A stretch of 64,000 bases of DNA from Eledone cirrhosa. Its lineage: Eukaryota. Below the pieces are notes generated by a model, which did no database searches, was not told where the DNA came from, and worked only from the letters and a program-made list of their open reading frames with translations. Shown here piece after piece: positions 39,450-53,529 of this stretch. Every line of letters begins with the position of its first letter. The first letter of the stretch is position 1. Made by a program: the position numbers and the translations under genes. Where the stretch lies: positions 23,684,001-23,748,000 of the forward strand of contig OZ024755.1 in assembly GCA_964016885.1 (NCBI GenBank), written 5' to 3'.

Positions 39450-39630
39450 TAGAAAAAAAACAAAACAAGGAAGTTTCATTTACATATAAAAGGTATTTAT
39501 TGTATATTGACCTGAAAAGCAGATCGATAGAGGAGTCAAGTCCATAACTCCTATGAGTGACCTTGAGCCAATCCTCTGTGAAACACAAGTAATAGGCTGA
39601 AACACAATAAATACATTTTATATGTAAAAT
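39450..39630 (+). mobile_element. Decayed HHR element with long stem II and inverted arm (sister copy 30772-30882), interrupted by an RTE LINE
   Basis: Shared ataactcctatg..ccttgagcca..GAAAcac..; agagga/tcctct stem; the element's tail resumes at about 40438 after the LINE. Confidence 0.5.
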
Positions 39631-40395
39631 GCACACAATGCAGATCCTGGGTACACAAGAGATGTAGCGGGATAGCAGGCAAACTAACAGGTAGGGAGAA
39701 ATATGTATGCAGTAGATGTACAGGGAAATTAGACAGTAGAAGTCGCATTGATAGACACATTTTTCAAATGCAGGAGGGCGCTATAGAAGTGGTGGATAGA
39801 TTCCAGTACCTAGGAGATCAGATTAGCATGGGAGGAGGGTGTTCTGAGGCCATAGTATCTAGAATAAGGACGGGTTGGAAGAAGTTTAGGGAGCTGCTTC
39901 CTCTGTTGACGAAGAAGGGTTTCTCCCTGCGTACGAAAGGCCGATTGTATGATGCCTGTGTGAGGACCGTGATGCTGCATGGTAGTGAGACATGGGCAGC
40001 AACTGCAGAGGATATGTGACGGCTGGAGAGAAATGAGGCAAGCACGCTCCGTTGGATGTGCAGTGTAAATGTGCGTGAACGACCCAGCATAAATGTGTTG
40101 AGAGAGAAACTGTGTCTGAGAGGGATAGAATGTAGTGTACGGGAGAGGAGACTGAGGTGGTATGGACATGTGATGCGCATGGGGGATGACCGATGGGTGA
40201 AGAAGTGCCAGGAAATGCCAGTTGAAGGAAGACATGTTAGAGGTAGACCACGAAAAACATGGGCGGAGGTGGTGAGAACAGATCTCAGATCATTGAAGCT
40301 CACGGTGGAGATGACGAAGGACCATGACGAGTGGAGAGATGCTGTGCTGAATAAGACCCGTCCCACCCTTGCAAGCAGGGAAAAGCGGACGTAAA

Positions 40396-40430
<35 letters not shown>
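39630..40430 (+). mobile_element. 5'-truncated RTE LINE with intact 3' end and (GAT)n tail
   Basis: [46 protein letters not shown]; one in-frame stop. Confidence 0.92.
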
Positions 40431-40431
<1 letters not shown>

Positions 40432-40812
40432 TAAACTGTAAACAAAACTTACTCATTTTCTTCTTTTCTTATACACACACACACACATATGAATTTTTGA
40501 AAGATTATATATTGATATTGATGTGAAAATATTTATTAGCATGCATGGGTATGTACATGTATGTATATGCTTGTGTATAGGAGAAGCATTCGCACAAATA
40601 AATGAGATCAAATATATATTTTCTGGAAGGTATTATGAAAATTAATGCTTTTGATTTTTCATTGGAAAATATCAGGATACAATAATTGTTAAAATAAGAT
40701 AATTGTAGTAATTATTCTATTGAATTGATTCTATAAATTATTTGGAATTTTCCTCACATCATTTAATTTAGTCTATAAGAATAAAATCAATAAAATATGT
40801 TTTCTTGAAAGA

Positions 40813-41318
40813 GTGTTCAGTTAGTATATGCCAGCAAGCATATGTGTATGTATATATGTGTATGTATGTTCAGTGAGTATGTACCAGTAAGTGTATGTGT
40901 AATATATGTATGTGTATATATGTATGTATATGTATGTGTATATGTGTATGTGTATATGTGTATGTATATATGTGTATGTGTGTATATGTATGTGTATGCA
41001 TATATGTGTGTGTATGTGTATATGTGTATATATGTATGTGTATGTGTATGTTCAGTGAGTATGTACCAGTAAGTGTATGTGTATATATGTATGTGTATAT
41101 AGGTATGTATATGTGTGTGTGTATATATGAATGTTCAGTGAGTATGTACCAGTAAGTGTATGTGTATATATGTACGTGTGTATGTGTATGTGTATGTGTA
41201 TGTATATATATATGTGTATGTGTGTGTATATGTATATGTGTATGCATATATGTGTGTGTATGTGTATATATGTATATATGTATATGTGTGTGTATATGCA
41301 TATGTGTGTAAATGTATG
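40813..41318. repeat. Compound microsatellite with a repeated unique core
   Basis: gttcagtgagtatgtaccagtaagtgtatgtg x3 plus one diverged copy, between GT/AT tracts. Confidence 0.9.
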
Positions 41319-41848
41319 AACATAGTTTCTCTATAAATATATAATTTGTCTGGATTTCTATGACCACTGGTATTTTTAGTTTCAGCCTGTAAAGCTCGCT
41401 TCATTTGGAATGAATTCAGTGATAGGAAATGAAAACAAGGTCAGGAGAAAGTTAAATTCAGAAGCAGAGAGAACAATAGGAAATGGTTTGTAACTTCTTT
41501 TAGAGCATTGTATTTTGGTTAAATATAATTGTTTCTACTTTTGGCACAAGGCCAGCAAATAGCCAGTGTATTACTGGTACTTTATTTTATCGACCCCGTA
41601 AGGATGAAAGGCAAAGTTAACCTCGGCGGGATTTGAACTCAGATCATAAAGGGATGTAACTCTATACGTCAAAGCATGGCGTCGAACCCTCTACCGATAC
41701 TGCCAATAATATTGACATATTATATACAAATATAAGTTGAATGTATAATTTTGTATCAACAGATATTTGATGTGGTTAAGAAATAAAACTTAATTATAAT
41801 ATAAAACAATGTTGTCTCTGATCGAGACAAAGTGAGGGTGTTTTTGAT

Positions 41849-42162
41849 CGAATACATATAAAAATGAGAAAAAAATCATTGCTAGAACAGTCGTTAAAAC
41901 AGCTAAATGCTGTCAAAGACAGCAATGGGCAAAAATACCTCAGAGGACAGAGGCCAGCGGCCAGTGGTCAACAGTGTGCCAGAGCACTTTTCCATGTCCT
42001 CCTCTTCTTTTGATCTTTTCTATATTTCATCTGCCTGTCATCCACCTTGTGCATTGTCTCCCTGTTGACCACTGGCCGCTGGTCTCTGTCTTTTGAGGCA
42101 TTTTCCCCATCACTGTCTTTGATAGCATGAGCGATGAGTTTTATCATTTTATATGTATTCAA
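41849..42162. repeat. Interspersed repeat in fold-back form (linear copy at 17590-17825)
   Basis: Arms 41907-41974 and 42062-42128 are reverse complements with several mismatches. Confidence 0.75.
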
Positions 42163-45100
42163 TTAATTATAGTATGTTGCTATTCAATTATAAAACTTAC
42201 ATATACACTGTATATACACTTACATATACACAGTGTTTAATACAGTGTTTGTTATTATATTTTAATCATTAACACTGCTCATTACTTTTATTTTAGACCT
42301 TTCAGAAATTAATTTAAAGCCTATTATATCTTTGTGATATAAATGTGGAGGCACATGGCCTAGTGGTAAGGGTGTTGGACTTATGATCCTAATGTCATGG
42401 GTTCGATTCCTGGGTTGCGTGTTGTGTTCTTGAGTGAAACACTTCATTTCACATTGCTCCAGTATACTCAGTTGAAAATGAGTACCAGCAATAGATGGGG
42501 GTTTAACTCGGCGATGGACTGGCATCCTGTCCAGGGGGAGTTTTGCACTCTCAGTTGCTTCATGTCATGAAACCAGGATAAGTACCAGCCTAACAAACTT
42601 TAAATGGCTTAAGACAGACTTTAGATATAAATGAGTCAATCATGTCACACCAACCCCAAGCTGCTCTGGCACAATAGCTAGAAAATAATGCTTTGAAATT
42701 TTAATATAGCATTAAATTAATTTAATCCTGCATTAACCCTTTTATGACTGCATTTCTAATGATACAATCTGTTTTAATTAATTAATGAGGAATTTTGAGG
42801 GATTTGTTAAAATTATTAATTATTTCATTACTAAGATAGTAACTTAATGTAAGGTTCTTATATAAGATTATATTTGAAGATTTTATTATAAATTGGAAAC
42901 CTTTAAAATGGGTGATTTTATTTCATAGAACCAGAGCTGGTTTTGGCCAGGCTGGTAACTAAAGGGTTAAGTTCAAAGGCTATGAGAGTTCCTATGCAAT
43001 GGTTAGAATTTACTTTTCACAGCACATGAATTTATTCTATTTTGCAAACTTTATTTAACAGATTTTTGTTAATGAAGTTAACAGTAGTCCTTTAACTGAT
43101 TTAATATATCTATATCTGTAGATGTTATCCTTGCAGTTATCATTTCATCCCTATTAAGTTTCACAGTGAACAAAAACATTCTGAAATAGGCCGTATCAAA
43201 ACATTGAATGTAGATTCTTTTTTAAACAAACACGTTTGAGTAAATTATATAAGTTCATCAATCAAAAAATAAGAAACAAATAATTAAAAAACTTGAATTT
43301 GTTATGAATTTATTAAGTTTTCAACTAAAACAAAGTATAGCTACAGAAACTATGTCTATTAATTAAAAAAAAAAAAATCAAAATACATCAACTAAAAAAA
43401 AAATCAGTTAGATATAAGATGGGTACAATTTATAGCAGCAATTGGTTCCAATCCACATAGTTATTGTAGCTACCTGACATCTGCAACCTCCCCCACAAAA
43501 TTTTAGATGAATGAATTAACAGTTCTCCAGAATGTCTCACTAACACCCAATCCCTCAAAATTGAATGTTGCGAACAAACATAAAATAAATTTATACACCA
43601 TATTATTGGAAAATATCAAATTTACAGGTGATGAAGATGCTGAAATCTTAAGAGTTTAAATGTAACCCAATAAAAGGAAGACATATATGATAAAATATAA
43701 CATGGAATTATATTAAACAAATAAGCATATTATAAATAAAAATACAAAAGAGAAAGTTAATGGTGAGATTATTTTTACCATTTAATGCATTTTCTTTTTA
43801 GATTCAATGTATGAGTTGCTAATCTATAATACATCTTAAAGAATCAAAGTTTCTGTGTAATTACTAAATTTCTTATGTTCACCATCATTGGAATCACTGT
43901 TAAACTTATATCAAAATAAGTTTGAGTTGCAAATAAGATGCCATATACTTTAGCTGCTAAACTGTACATAACAGAATTAAATGTAGCATGATAGAAATGC
44001 TTGAGGTGGTCTGTAGATCATCTGTTGAAATATCAAGTTCACAATGAAAATTATATGGTAAACCTTTTTTTATTAATTAAAAGAATGTTTTGAAATATAA
44101 CAATATCAGATTCTGAATAAGTTATATCCTTTCAAAAACGTATTTTAATATTTGTTGATATTTGGAAGAATTATTAATGAATTAATATACTTTTAGGAGG
44201 AAGACTAAAATATATTGGATGGTTTGAGGTAAGAATTAAAAAAAAAAAATGATTTTGATGTAAAGGAGGCAATTGATTTTTATTAAATAAATTCAGGTTG
44301 TGCGTAGGTTACTTTAACTCTCATTTATCTTAAATTAAATATGGTCAAAATTAGCAGTATTAGTAGTTTCAAGGAAATTCAGAAAACATGACAATTTGCT
44401 TGATAGTACTTTATTTCTTAAAAAAAGATTCAGTTGTTTAATGTTTTATATTTAAATAACAGTTTCATGGACATCAGCCAGAAAATTCTGATTCAATAAA
44501 ATATTCTTCTATATATAAGGTGTATTACTCTGATTGAATTTGTAGTTGAAAAACATATTTTAAATTGTTATAAAATACATAATTTTTTAATTGAATATTT
44601 TAAATTTTAATCATATCTGTTAGAAGAGTAATATATATAAATGGCATATATCTTAAGACAATCTATTTCTTTGCAATACATTTTCTTCAGTTTGATTTCA
44701 ACTCTTTTCTTAATCCTAGAAACATATTAAACAATTGTCTTGTATTTTCACTGTACATAACAAGTTGTATTTTGATTTATAATGTGTTACATGATCAACT
44801 ACTTATAATATTAATACTGGGTCATATAATTCAGTTAATGTAGTAAATTTAAAGTGGTATATTTTCATTATTTATTTTTGGCTTAAAATTCATACCAACA
44901 TTTTACTTAGTCTTTCTAACAAACATTACTATAGCAAAATCCCAAGGGTAGTAATATAATTACTATATATTACAACTGTTAGTAATATATATAGTAATAT
45001 AATTACTATATATTACAACAGTAGTGGTGTATATAGTAATTTATGCCACCAGTAGTGGTATATATATAGTAATATAATTACTATATATATATATCACTGT

Positions 45101-46688
45101 GTATGTACAACTGTTAGTCGTATATACCGTCCAAACTCATGCAAGCATGGAAGATGGACGTTAAACGATGATGATGATGATGTCTACTACTGCTGGTAAC
45201 TAAGAAATTAAAATTTTTAACAATGACTTTCTTTTTGCTGATGTAAAAAATATTACATTAATGGAATATTGAATTAAATACTATCACAAATTAAAAACTT
45301 TAAAGATATTAGAGTAAAATAAAATGTAAACTTTTTTGTGGTTCTAAAAAAAATGTTTAGATTGTTGCTATAGATTTATCAAAGTTTAAATAGTTACTGT
45401 AATCTCCAAACAATAGACCAATTTAGACCTGATTTTAAGAGTTAACTTCTGTCTACAAATTTGTAAGATAATATATTTAAAAAATGCTAGCATATAAGAA
45501 TTACCTGAGCCTTTTCTTTCATATATTAAAGATAATCATAAAATAACTAAATATTAAATCATTTTTATTTATAATCTTTATCTTGACGTTTTGAAAAGTT
45601 TATAGAATATGTCTACTCTTACAGTCTAAGCAGAAATTCAAAGACTACTATGTTTGTAAGAATAAATGTAAATTCTAACTTTGGATGATATTAAAATAAC
45701 GCTCTCTCATTATTTTTTGATGTATTAAATTTGATAAAGTTTTCGTACTGTTGAATTATCAATTTATTTTGTTATAATTGTCAGAAAAGTTAACTGAAGT
45801 ATGAATAGAATGTCAAATAGTAATATGCAAATTACGCAAATTTCAATTATGCTGAAATTTGCATAATTACCAAATTACGTTTTGTTTAATATGAAATATG
45901 TTTTTGTATATTCATTTTGTAGGCTCCAAATACCTAATTTTAAGAAATAACTGACAATATACAGCATCATTTTACCATTCTTTAAATTATCAATATTTAC
46001 AGAAAGTTTAATGCTTACTGTTTTTCAGTAGCATTAGCAATAAACAATTAAATTTAATAATTCACATGAACATGTCCAGACCTGAGGTTTTTCTCCAACA
46101 CAGACCATCACAAGTTTCTTCAAACTTTAGTATTTTATTTAAGTGGTTTCCTGATTATTAGCATCTAATTCATGATTATAAACACACTAATTTGCATGGC
46201 AAAAATCCAAAAAATTAATTTCCAAAAATCAAATGGTATAGTACTCATTATTTTTTCTATGCTCTGAATTAGAAAATAAAGATAATTGTTCTTTATATGG
46301 TAGTTGGCAGTTGTATTAAGCTTTTAAAATTATCTTGTGGCATTTACATTCTAGATGAAATAATCAATCTGACAAGGAATGGAATAAAAGTAGGAATGAT
46401 TCTCACATCCATCACTGGAAAAAGTTTATTGACAGAAAACTAATAACACCTATTAGTGTTTAACATGTAACACCTCTCCCTCTCTCGTTACAGTTTGGTT
46501 TCTTTTTATTAGAAGTGTATTAGGATATTCACTATGAGATATCTTAATTATTTATATTGAACCTGTATTTTATATAGAATGTTAGAAGTTTATTTAATAG
46601 TAAAACCTAGGCTAGATAAATCATAGAGAATTATGATTTCAAAATAAATTTTTCTATGAATTGCAATAATAAATAAAATATCATTGTC

Positions 46689-46690
<2 letters not shown>

Positions 46691-46766
<76 letters not shown>

Positions 46767-46775
46767 AGAGAGAGA
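46691..46775. repeat. (GA)n microsatellite
   Basis: Direct observation. Confidence 0.97.
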
Positions 46776-48407
46776 CTTGGTATTATACATTAAAAGAAGA
46801 ATATATTATTATTTAGTATCTACAGTGAAAAATATTTCACAGAGATAATATTTGGCCACTGGAAATGCTACTGTATTCAAAAGATGGAAATACTCAGAGT
46901 ATTATTATTTAGAATTTGTAGGTTTTAAATTTAATTAACTTTACTGCACTTATGTCATTTCCTCTCCATAAAAAAATATATGATTTTTTAACTAATATTC
47001 AAATATTCTTCTATGGACGATTGAAATTCTTAATTAATGAAAGTATTCTCACTCACTAACCAAATCAATTAATAAATGTATGTATACATTTTTAAAAATT
47101 AACAACCCTGAGTCTGGTTTATAAAACACAAAGAGCAATGATATTTATAGACACAATAAACATGTTTAGGAAGCTCTCAGGTGATAATGTCTTCTCAATT
47201 TTTTATTTGACAGAAAATTACAGTTCACATCTACTAGGCATCTTTGGCACAACTAACTATATTTGTAAAGCAGCTTATTTAAATTTAGATGAAAAGACTA
47301 CTATTTTGAAAACATAAGTATACAGTTTGTGGCAGAGTTTCTTCAAACCACCATTTTATGTTTATTATATAAAAAAGAATAGCCATAAAGAAACAACAGA
47401 AAACTAAAGTCTAAATTATCTGAAGATACACAAAATCATTATATGTTCATTTTACTGTCTACACATATACCTTACTATAATATATAGTACATTTAAGCAA
47501 TTGTATGAACATTTTATCTAGTGTATATTAATATGATTCAAATACCTCTTTTATATACATATGTGTATACACTATATATTATATTCATATGTAATAAGGT
47601 TTTTCTAATGTATTTAGATATTCAGTCTAATCATTTTAGTACTAGTTATATGTTACCTGTTAAAATTAACAGGAATACCTGTAATTGACACATATCAATA
47701 AAATAACAAAAGCTAGAGAGGTGAAAATTAATTCGATTCTAGTTGGCAACAATGTACAGAAAATGCGACTTGAGAAGATATAGAAGCAGTTCAATTTAAT
47801 TTTAGATATATCCAACATAGAAATGTGTCATATTGCTACAGTGAGCAAAATAGAACAGGGCAAGAAATGATAAAAAGAAACCAATATTGGTTGAATGTGT
47901 GAATTTATAAAGACAAAATAACATATTTTTTTTGTTTACAAATGTTAGGGAAATAATACAAAAAAAAAATATAAACAATGTTTTTCTTGTGCTCAAACTT
48001 AAAGATTAGTTATTAGAAAAAGGAGAGAAAAAAAAACACAACAAAAAACAAAGAACAAATCATTGTTTTCATCACACAAAAAAGAGAAAGTTTTGTGTGA
48101 AGTTAAATTATCTTTTTTGATTTTGATTATAACACAAAAATGTCTTATTAGATATCACAAACATTTGTGGGAAGGCCCAGAAAAAATAGATACATGTAAT
48201 ATAATCATTTTTTAAAACTTGTTCTGCTTTTATTCTTAATACTGAAGAAATTATATCTCGAAGAAAAAAAAAAATAATACCAATAAAGGGAAAATATAAA
48301 AGAAAAATGGATAAATTTAAAGAAATTAATAGAATATTAATTAGGAAGAAAACTGGCATAGCTCATTTGAATAAAAAAAAAAAAATAATGGAAATGTGTG
48401 TTACCGG

Positions 48408-48433
48408 GTGTGTGCGTGCGTGTGTGTGTGTGT

Positions 48434-48515
<82 letters not shown>

Positions 48516-48516
48516 A
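48408..48516. repeat. (GT)n microsatellite
   Basis: Direct observation. Confidence 0.97.
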
Positions 48517-49397
48517 TGGTTTGGTATTATTTTTCAAGAAATATTGAAAGCTAAGAATTAACGTTTTCTGTTGTAATTATATTACAAAACAATACATTTT
48601 TTTAAAATATATAGTTTTACCTATGTATATTGTCAACAAATGTTTAAATATTTACATTCATAAAAAATAACGAAAATTCTGAAAATTCTTTTGTAAAAGA
48701 AGGAGCAGTTACAAAATAGAACAGAATTAAATATAAAATAAATTCCAACCATAAAATAATCTATTGTTAACTTGCCTTGGCCTGTTTACAAAATCTGCCC
48801 TTCAGTGTCAACAACAAATAGAGGATTATACTACACAGTTCAGTAAAATCCCCAGAATAATTTTTTCTTCTTTTGTGTTTGGATGTGTAGTTTGCTATTC
48901 TTGATCTTCGCTTTTTTTTTTTTTTTAAAGATAAAGTCTGGACCAATTGGAATAAATTTGTAACCACTTACTTAAACACAAAGGCTCTCACACACATACA
49001 TACAAATGCACACATGTCCGCATACACATAAATAATCACTTCCCTTACACTCATATATTATTTATATAGACACACACACTGTTATGTTCTTTCAATGTTG
49101 TATTCAAATTTTTGAAACAATATTGACTGATGACATAAAAAAAAAATTGATAATCTTTGGATGGAACATTTGAACAAATGTTTGTCCTTTTGATTGTCAT
49201 TGTTGCTGATTTTTATAAGCTTCTCTTTTCAAATGGAATACTACAAGTAAGTTTAGAATTAATTTCCTTGGGTCCATGTTTACAAGATATCAACTTGCCT
49301 TATTAAAGAGCAATTTGATGTCTATATAAACTAGAATGTTCTCTAGCTTCAAAACATGTTTAGATTTCTAAACTATTATTTAATCAATATATATATA

Positions 49398-49464
<67 letters not shown>

Positions 49465-49586
49465 CTATAAAGAGAAGATAGGCAACAATAACTGGACAAA
49501 AATGAAAAGATAGCCTGAAAACTATCCATATAGTAGGCAAATACTGAAAGATAAATATTTGGAAGTAGAACTGTGCACCTAACTAC

Positions 49587-49646
<60 letters not shown>

Positions 49647-49703
49647 ATATATATATATAATATGATATATATATATATATATATATAATATATATATATA
49701 ATA

Positions 49704-49774
<71 letters not shown>

Positions 49775-51354
49775 TATTATTAAGGATATTGTTCTGTTTT
49801 ACATTTATGTTTTCACTTTATTGCCTCATACATTAATGGAGTCTTGTTGATTAATAAAAACAGTGCCAGAGGGGCAATGGGGCAGGGGGCTAAATCTTGA
49901 AGTTTCTGGAGAAGGTTCTCACATTAACATGCTGACATTATTCATTTAGCCAGAGTGTTGTAAAGAACAGTTCTCCTGTAGACAGCTCACCAAGTTTGTT
50001 TTCTCCGAGAGAAATTCAATCAAAAATGTTAAAATTTGTCTTCAGACCAGATTTCCCTTTTTTTCCTGATTTTAGTGCCAAGAAAAATATCTTTTTACAA
50101 CAATTGTGACACAGATCAGGTTTTTTTCTTCAAAACATTAACAAAAAAAGGATTATCTTCTCATGCCACCAGAAGTCTGCATTTTGTTGTAATAATTAGC
50201 AGACAGACAGACACATCTGTTATAGCAGAAACATACTGAATGAAATGAGAGCATTTAAACTTGATCTCATCACTCACTGGCCTGGTTAACAATTTAACCG
50301 GAACTATCAAACTTCTTGTTTCTGTTTTGTTCTAATCCTTTGCTCTGTAAATTCAGTTGGAGTAAAAATAATCACTCATTATGTAAGATCATCAATGAGG
50401 GTTATTTAATGAAGGTGGGTTCTTTTTGGCTGGGCTTGTTATTTTGTAGTAATACTTGAACTCTGACCCCAGGCTCTGTATGACTATATCATGCATACCT
50501 ACAACAAATATAAAAAATAAGCAGGTTTTTTAATAACCATTTGGAAGCACTGAATATTACACAGATCTGTAAGCAGTCAGATAGGCTTTATTTTTCATGT
50601 TATAGAATGTTCAAAACTACATTTAATGAAACAGAAAAACTATACAATTTTTTCTTTAAATTATGAACATCATGTGGAGATATATAAAATAACTTGATTT
50701 AACACAAATGGCCAATGCACCGTGTTTGAAAAATTAAAAAGAAACCTCTATAAATCCATAAAAGAAATCATAAACAGAAAAGGGTAATAAACAAGTTAAG
50801 TAAGAACGAAAAGAACACAAGTTGAAATGGAAATATTTTGTTAGATAAATCCCAAAACCATTAGAAAGAAAAAGGAAACAAGAGGAAGAAAAACTATAAA
50901 ATATTTATATTGGAATAAAAACCTTAGAAGGAAATTAGTCAGGCAATAGTCTTCTTAGATATTTAACTTTAATTCTTAAATTGTATTATTCTCCACTCAT
51001 ACCAATAGTGAATGTTTGGAAATATTAATCAAATGATTTTAGACAAAAAAAAACAAAAAAACCAAACAAACAAAATTCTATAAGTAAAAAAAAACAACAA
51101 AAAATATATATATATAAAAAAGAAATATGATTAGTCACCGCTGATTGGAAAGTTATAACATGCTTAAATGGAACACTGAGAGTATCTCAAGTGGCTTCAA
51201 CAAAATGCATAGTTACTGACACTGCCCAGAGAGTAATAGCAAGAAAATTTCCCATTGTATCCCTTCGTATAGGGGGGAAGGAGGGGTGCTACTAGTTGAT
51301 TTATTTGGACTTAAAATATCCATTGCCAATAATATATTCATTTGTCAGCTATAA

Positions 51355-51446
51355 TCAGGGGTTAGACCATGACTTTTGTGTGCTATGGCAGGGACATGTG
51401 CAGTCATCAGGTCGGGAACACTGCCGTAGAAAACAATTTCTCGATG
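51355..51446 (-). CDS. Candidate alternative terminal exon (xSRNCFLRQCSRPDDCTCPCHSTQKSWSNP* in phase 1, or HREIVFYGSVPDLMTAHVPAIAHKSHGLTPDYS* in phase 0)
   Basis: Strong acceptor cccttttttattttcag|; GC-richer unique island inside a repeat-poor zone; reading frame is ambiguous. Confidence 0.3.
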
Positions 51447-53060
51447 CTGAAAATAAAAAAGGGTATGGAGTTTGTGGCTGTGCAAAAAAAAATTATGTAA
51501 TTATGGTTGTTTTCATATTTTAGACTATGATTAAGTATGTGTGTTATGTGAAAAAGAAATTAATCTAATTAGTGAGATTATTTTATGAAATTATTGGAAA
51601 TAATTTATATATATATATATATATATATATATCACACAAACCCTCCTTAAATATTAACTCCACTATAATATTTAATCTCGCATCTTTAAGCATTGAGCAC
51701 ACTTTGCTTTGTCTAAGGCAGCTAACATACTATATCCTAATTCCTTCTCCTCTATTCTTATTATATATGACTCTTATTTTTATATATATATATATATAAT
51801 GGAAATTAATTCTGTAGATTATACAAGATGCTAAAATCGAAGTGACTATTGCATTAATTTAAAATGTTCCCTAATTATAAATTTTGATTGAAGGTTACCA
51901 TTAATCATGGTAAAGTTCCAAGAAAACTAACTACTAAAATTTGAAATAATATTCCTATCTAATGCATACTAACACTTAAAATTTCTCACACAGGTAAAAG
52001 TAAGTTATTTGCACAATGTCAAAATAACGAGACCCTTCCATTTCTTATATCAGCATTCATGACTTAAAAACACAGATGGGGACTGATATGTATCAGATCA
52101 CCTAACAGGTACAAAGGTTTTCCAGTGATTTTATTTTACATAGCATTACTTGGTATTGTGATGTATATGTCAAAACCTGAGATACACATGCACCTATTAC
52201 ACAAATGGAAGTCTCAGCTAAAAGAAGACCAAAGTGAATTTGTGGAGGCTAAGATTTCTGTTAAAAAAATAGAAAGTATATTTCACTGAGAAAATTAAAA
52301 GTTGCCAAAATTCAGCAAAGAAACTTTTTGGTTTCTATAATAAAATATTTGGCAGAGGAACTGAAAGTACTCTATATTCTATATTCCAAATCTGCACTTA
52401 TGTTTGATGATACTTCTCAGAGTCATTTTTCTCCAACAAATGATCAAGAATAAAATTTTTCTGCATATAATTTACCTCTTTAGCATTTAAACTGGCTGTA
52501 TCCGGCCATAGCCGGCTGCTCATACTGATGTTAAAGTATTGTTCTAAAATAAATAATATCGAAATCTCATAGATTCGATATTATATGTGAGATAATTATT
52601 TCCAAGGGCGGTGCCCCAGAATGGCCTCAGCCGGATGGTTGGAACAGGTAAAAAAGTAAAAGAGGTAAAACCTTTACCATCAAAATATAATAGTAAATAT
52701 AGAATAATGTAAATACTAAAGGGTTAAAATTATTTTCAGTTGATAGAGTTTTCTTGTGGTAAAAAGAAATAACCCGGCAGGGATAGTGCCAACACATAAT
52801 TAAGAAGTGGGAGGACCATTAATGAGATTGTTCAATACGAATGCAACTACCAAATTAATTACTATATCTACTTTGGTGCTTTCTATTACCATAAGGGCTA
52901 ATTTTACTCCTATTGATTAAATATATACCACTAAAATATTCAAGTCATGTCTTTTACAAATATAACCCTGCCCTTAAGAGAGGAATCCTTACATTATGAT
53001 ATTCTAAGGAATAAATTAAAAACAATAAATTTTATGAGTAACACATGGGATACTCTAATT

Positions 53061-53529
53061 CAGGGGTTCTCAAAGTGGACGCTACCCCCCCCCCCCCCCT
53101 CCGTTAAGAAGGTCCAGGAGGGCACTGGGGCCTAAGGTGGCAGTAGAGATGATATAATAGTATATTAAATATCAAATGATACATACTATATATAAATGTC
53201 CGATTGATCCTTTAAGTCTCTCCCTTGATAATGGGTTTTTAAACCCGAAAATATTTGGGATCATTGAATTTGCTAAGGTAAGATTCTTTTGTTATCTTAG
53301 CGATTTAATTTTCTTTGTTTGGCTTTCAAAATTATTTAAAAAATATATAACATTTATTTATATATAGTATATATTATATTATTTATTATATATAAATTAA
53401 TGATTTTATTTATTATATATTGTTTACAATTTGTGTGTCGGCAGGTCTCTCTGGATATAGGGGTGGGAGGCGTTGAGGGTATTACATAGCCATGAGGGTG
53501 CAGTGGTTCAAAAAGTTTGAGAACCTCTG
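53061..53529. mobile_element. hAT/Charlie-type MITE interrupted by an HHR element
   Basis: TIRs caggggttctcaaa / tttgagaacctctg. Confidence 0.75.
53221..53260 (+). ncRNA. Hammerhead ribozyme, U3-A8 variant core (related copies at 24716-24755 and 54601-54640)
   Basis: tccc TTGATAA t gggttt-aaaccc GAA aatatt T ggga, followed by ctaag|gtaag. Confidence 0.7.
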
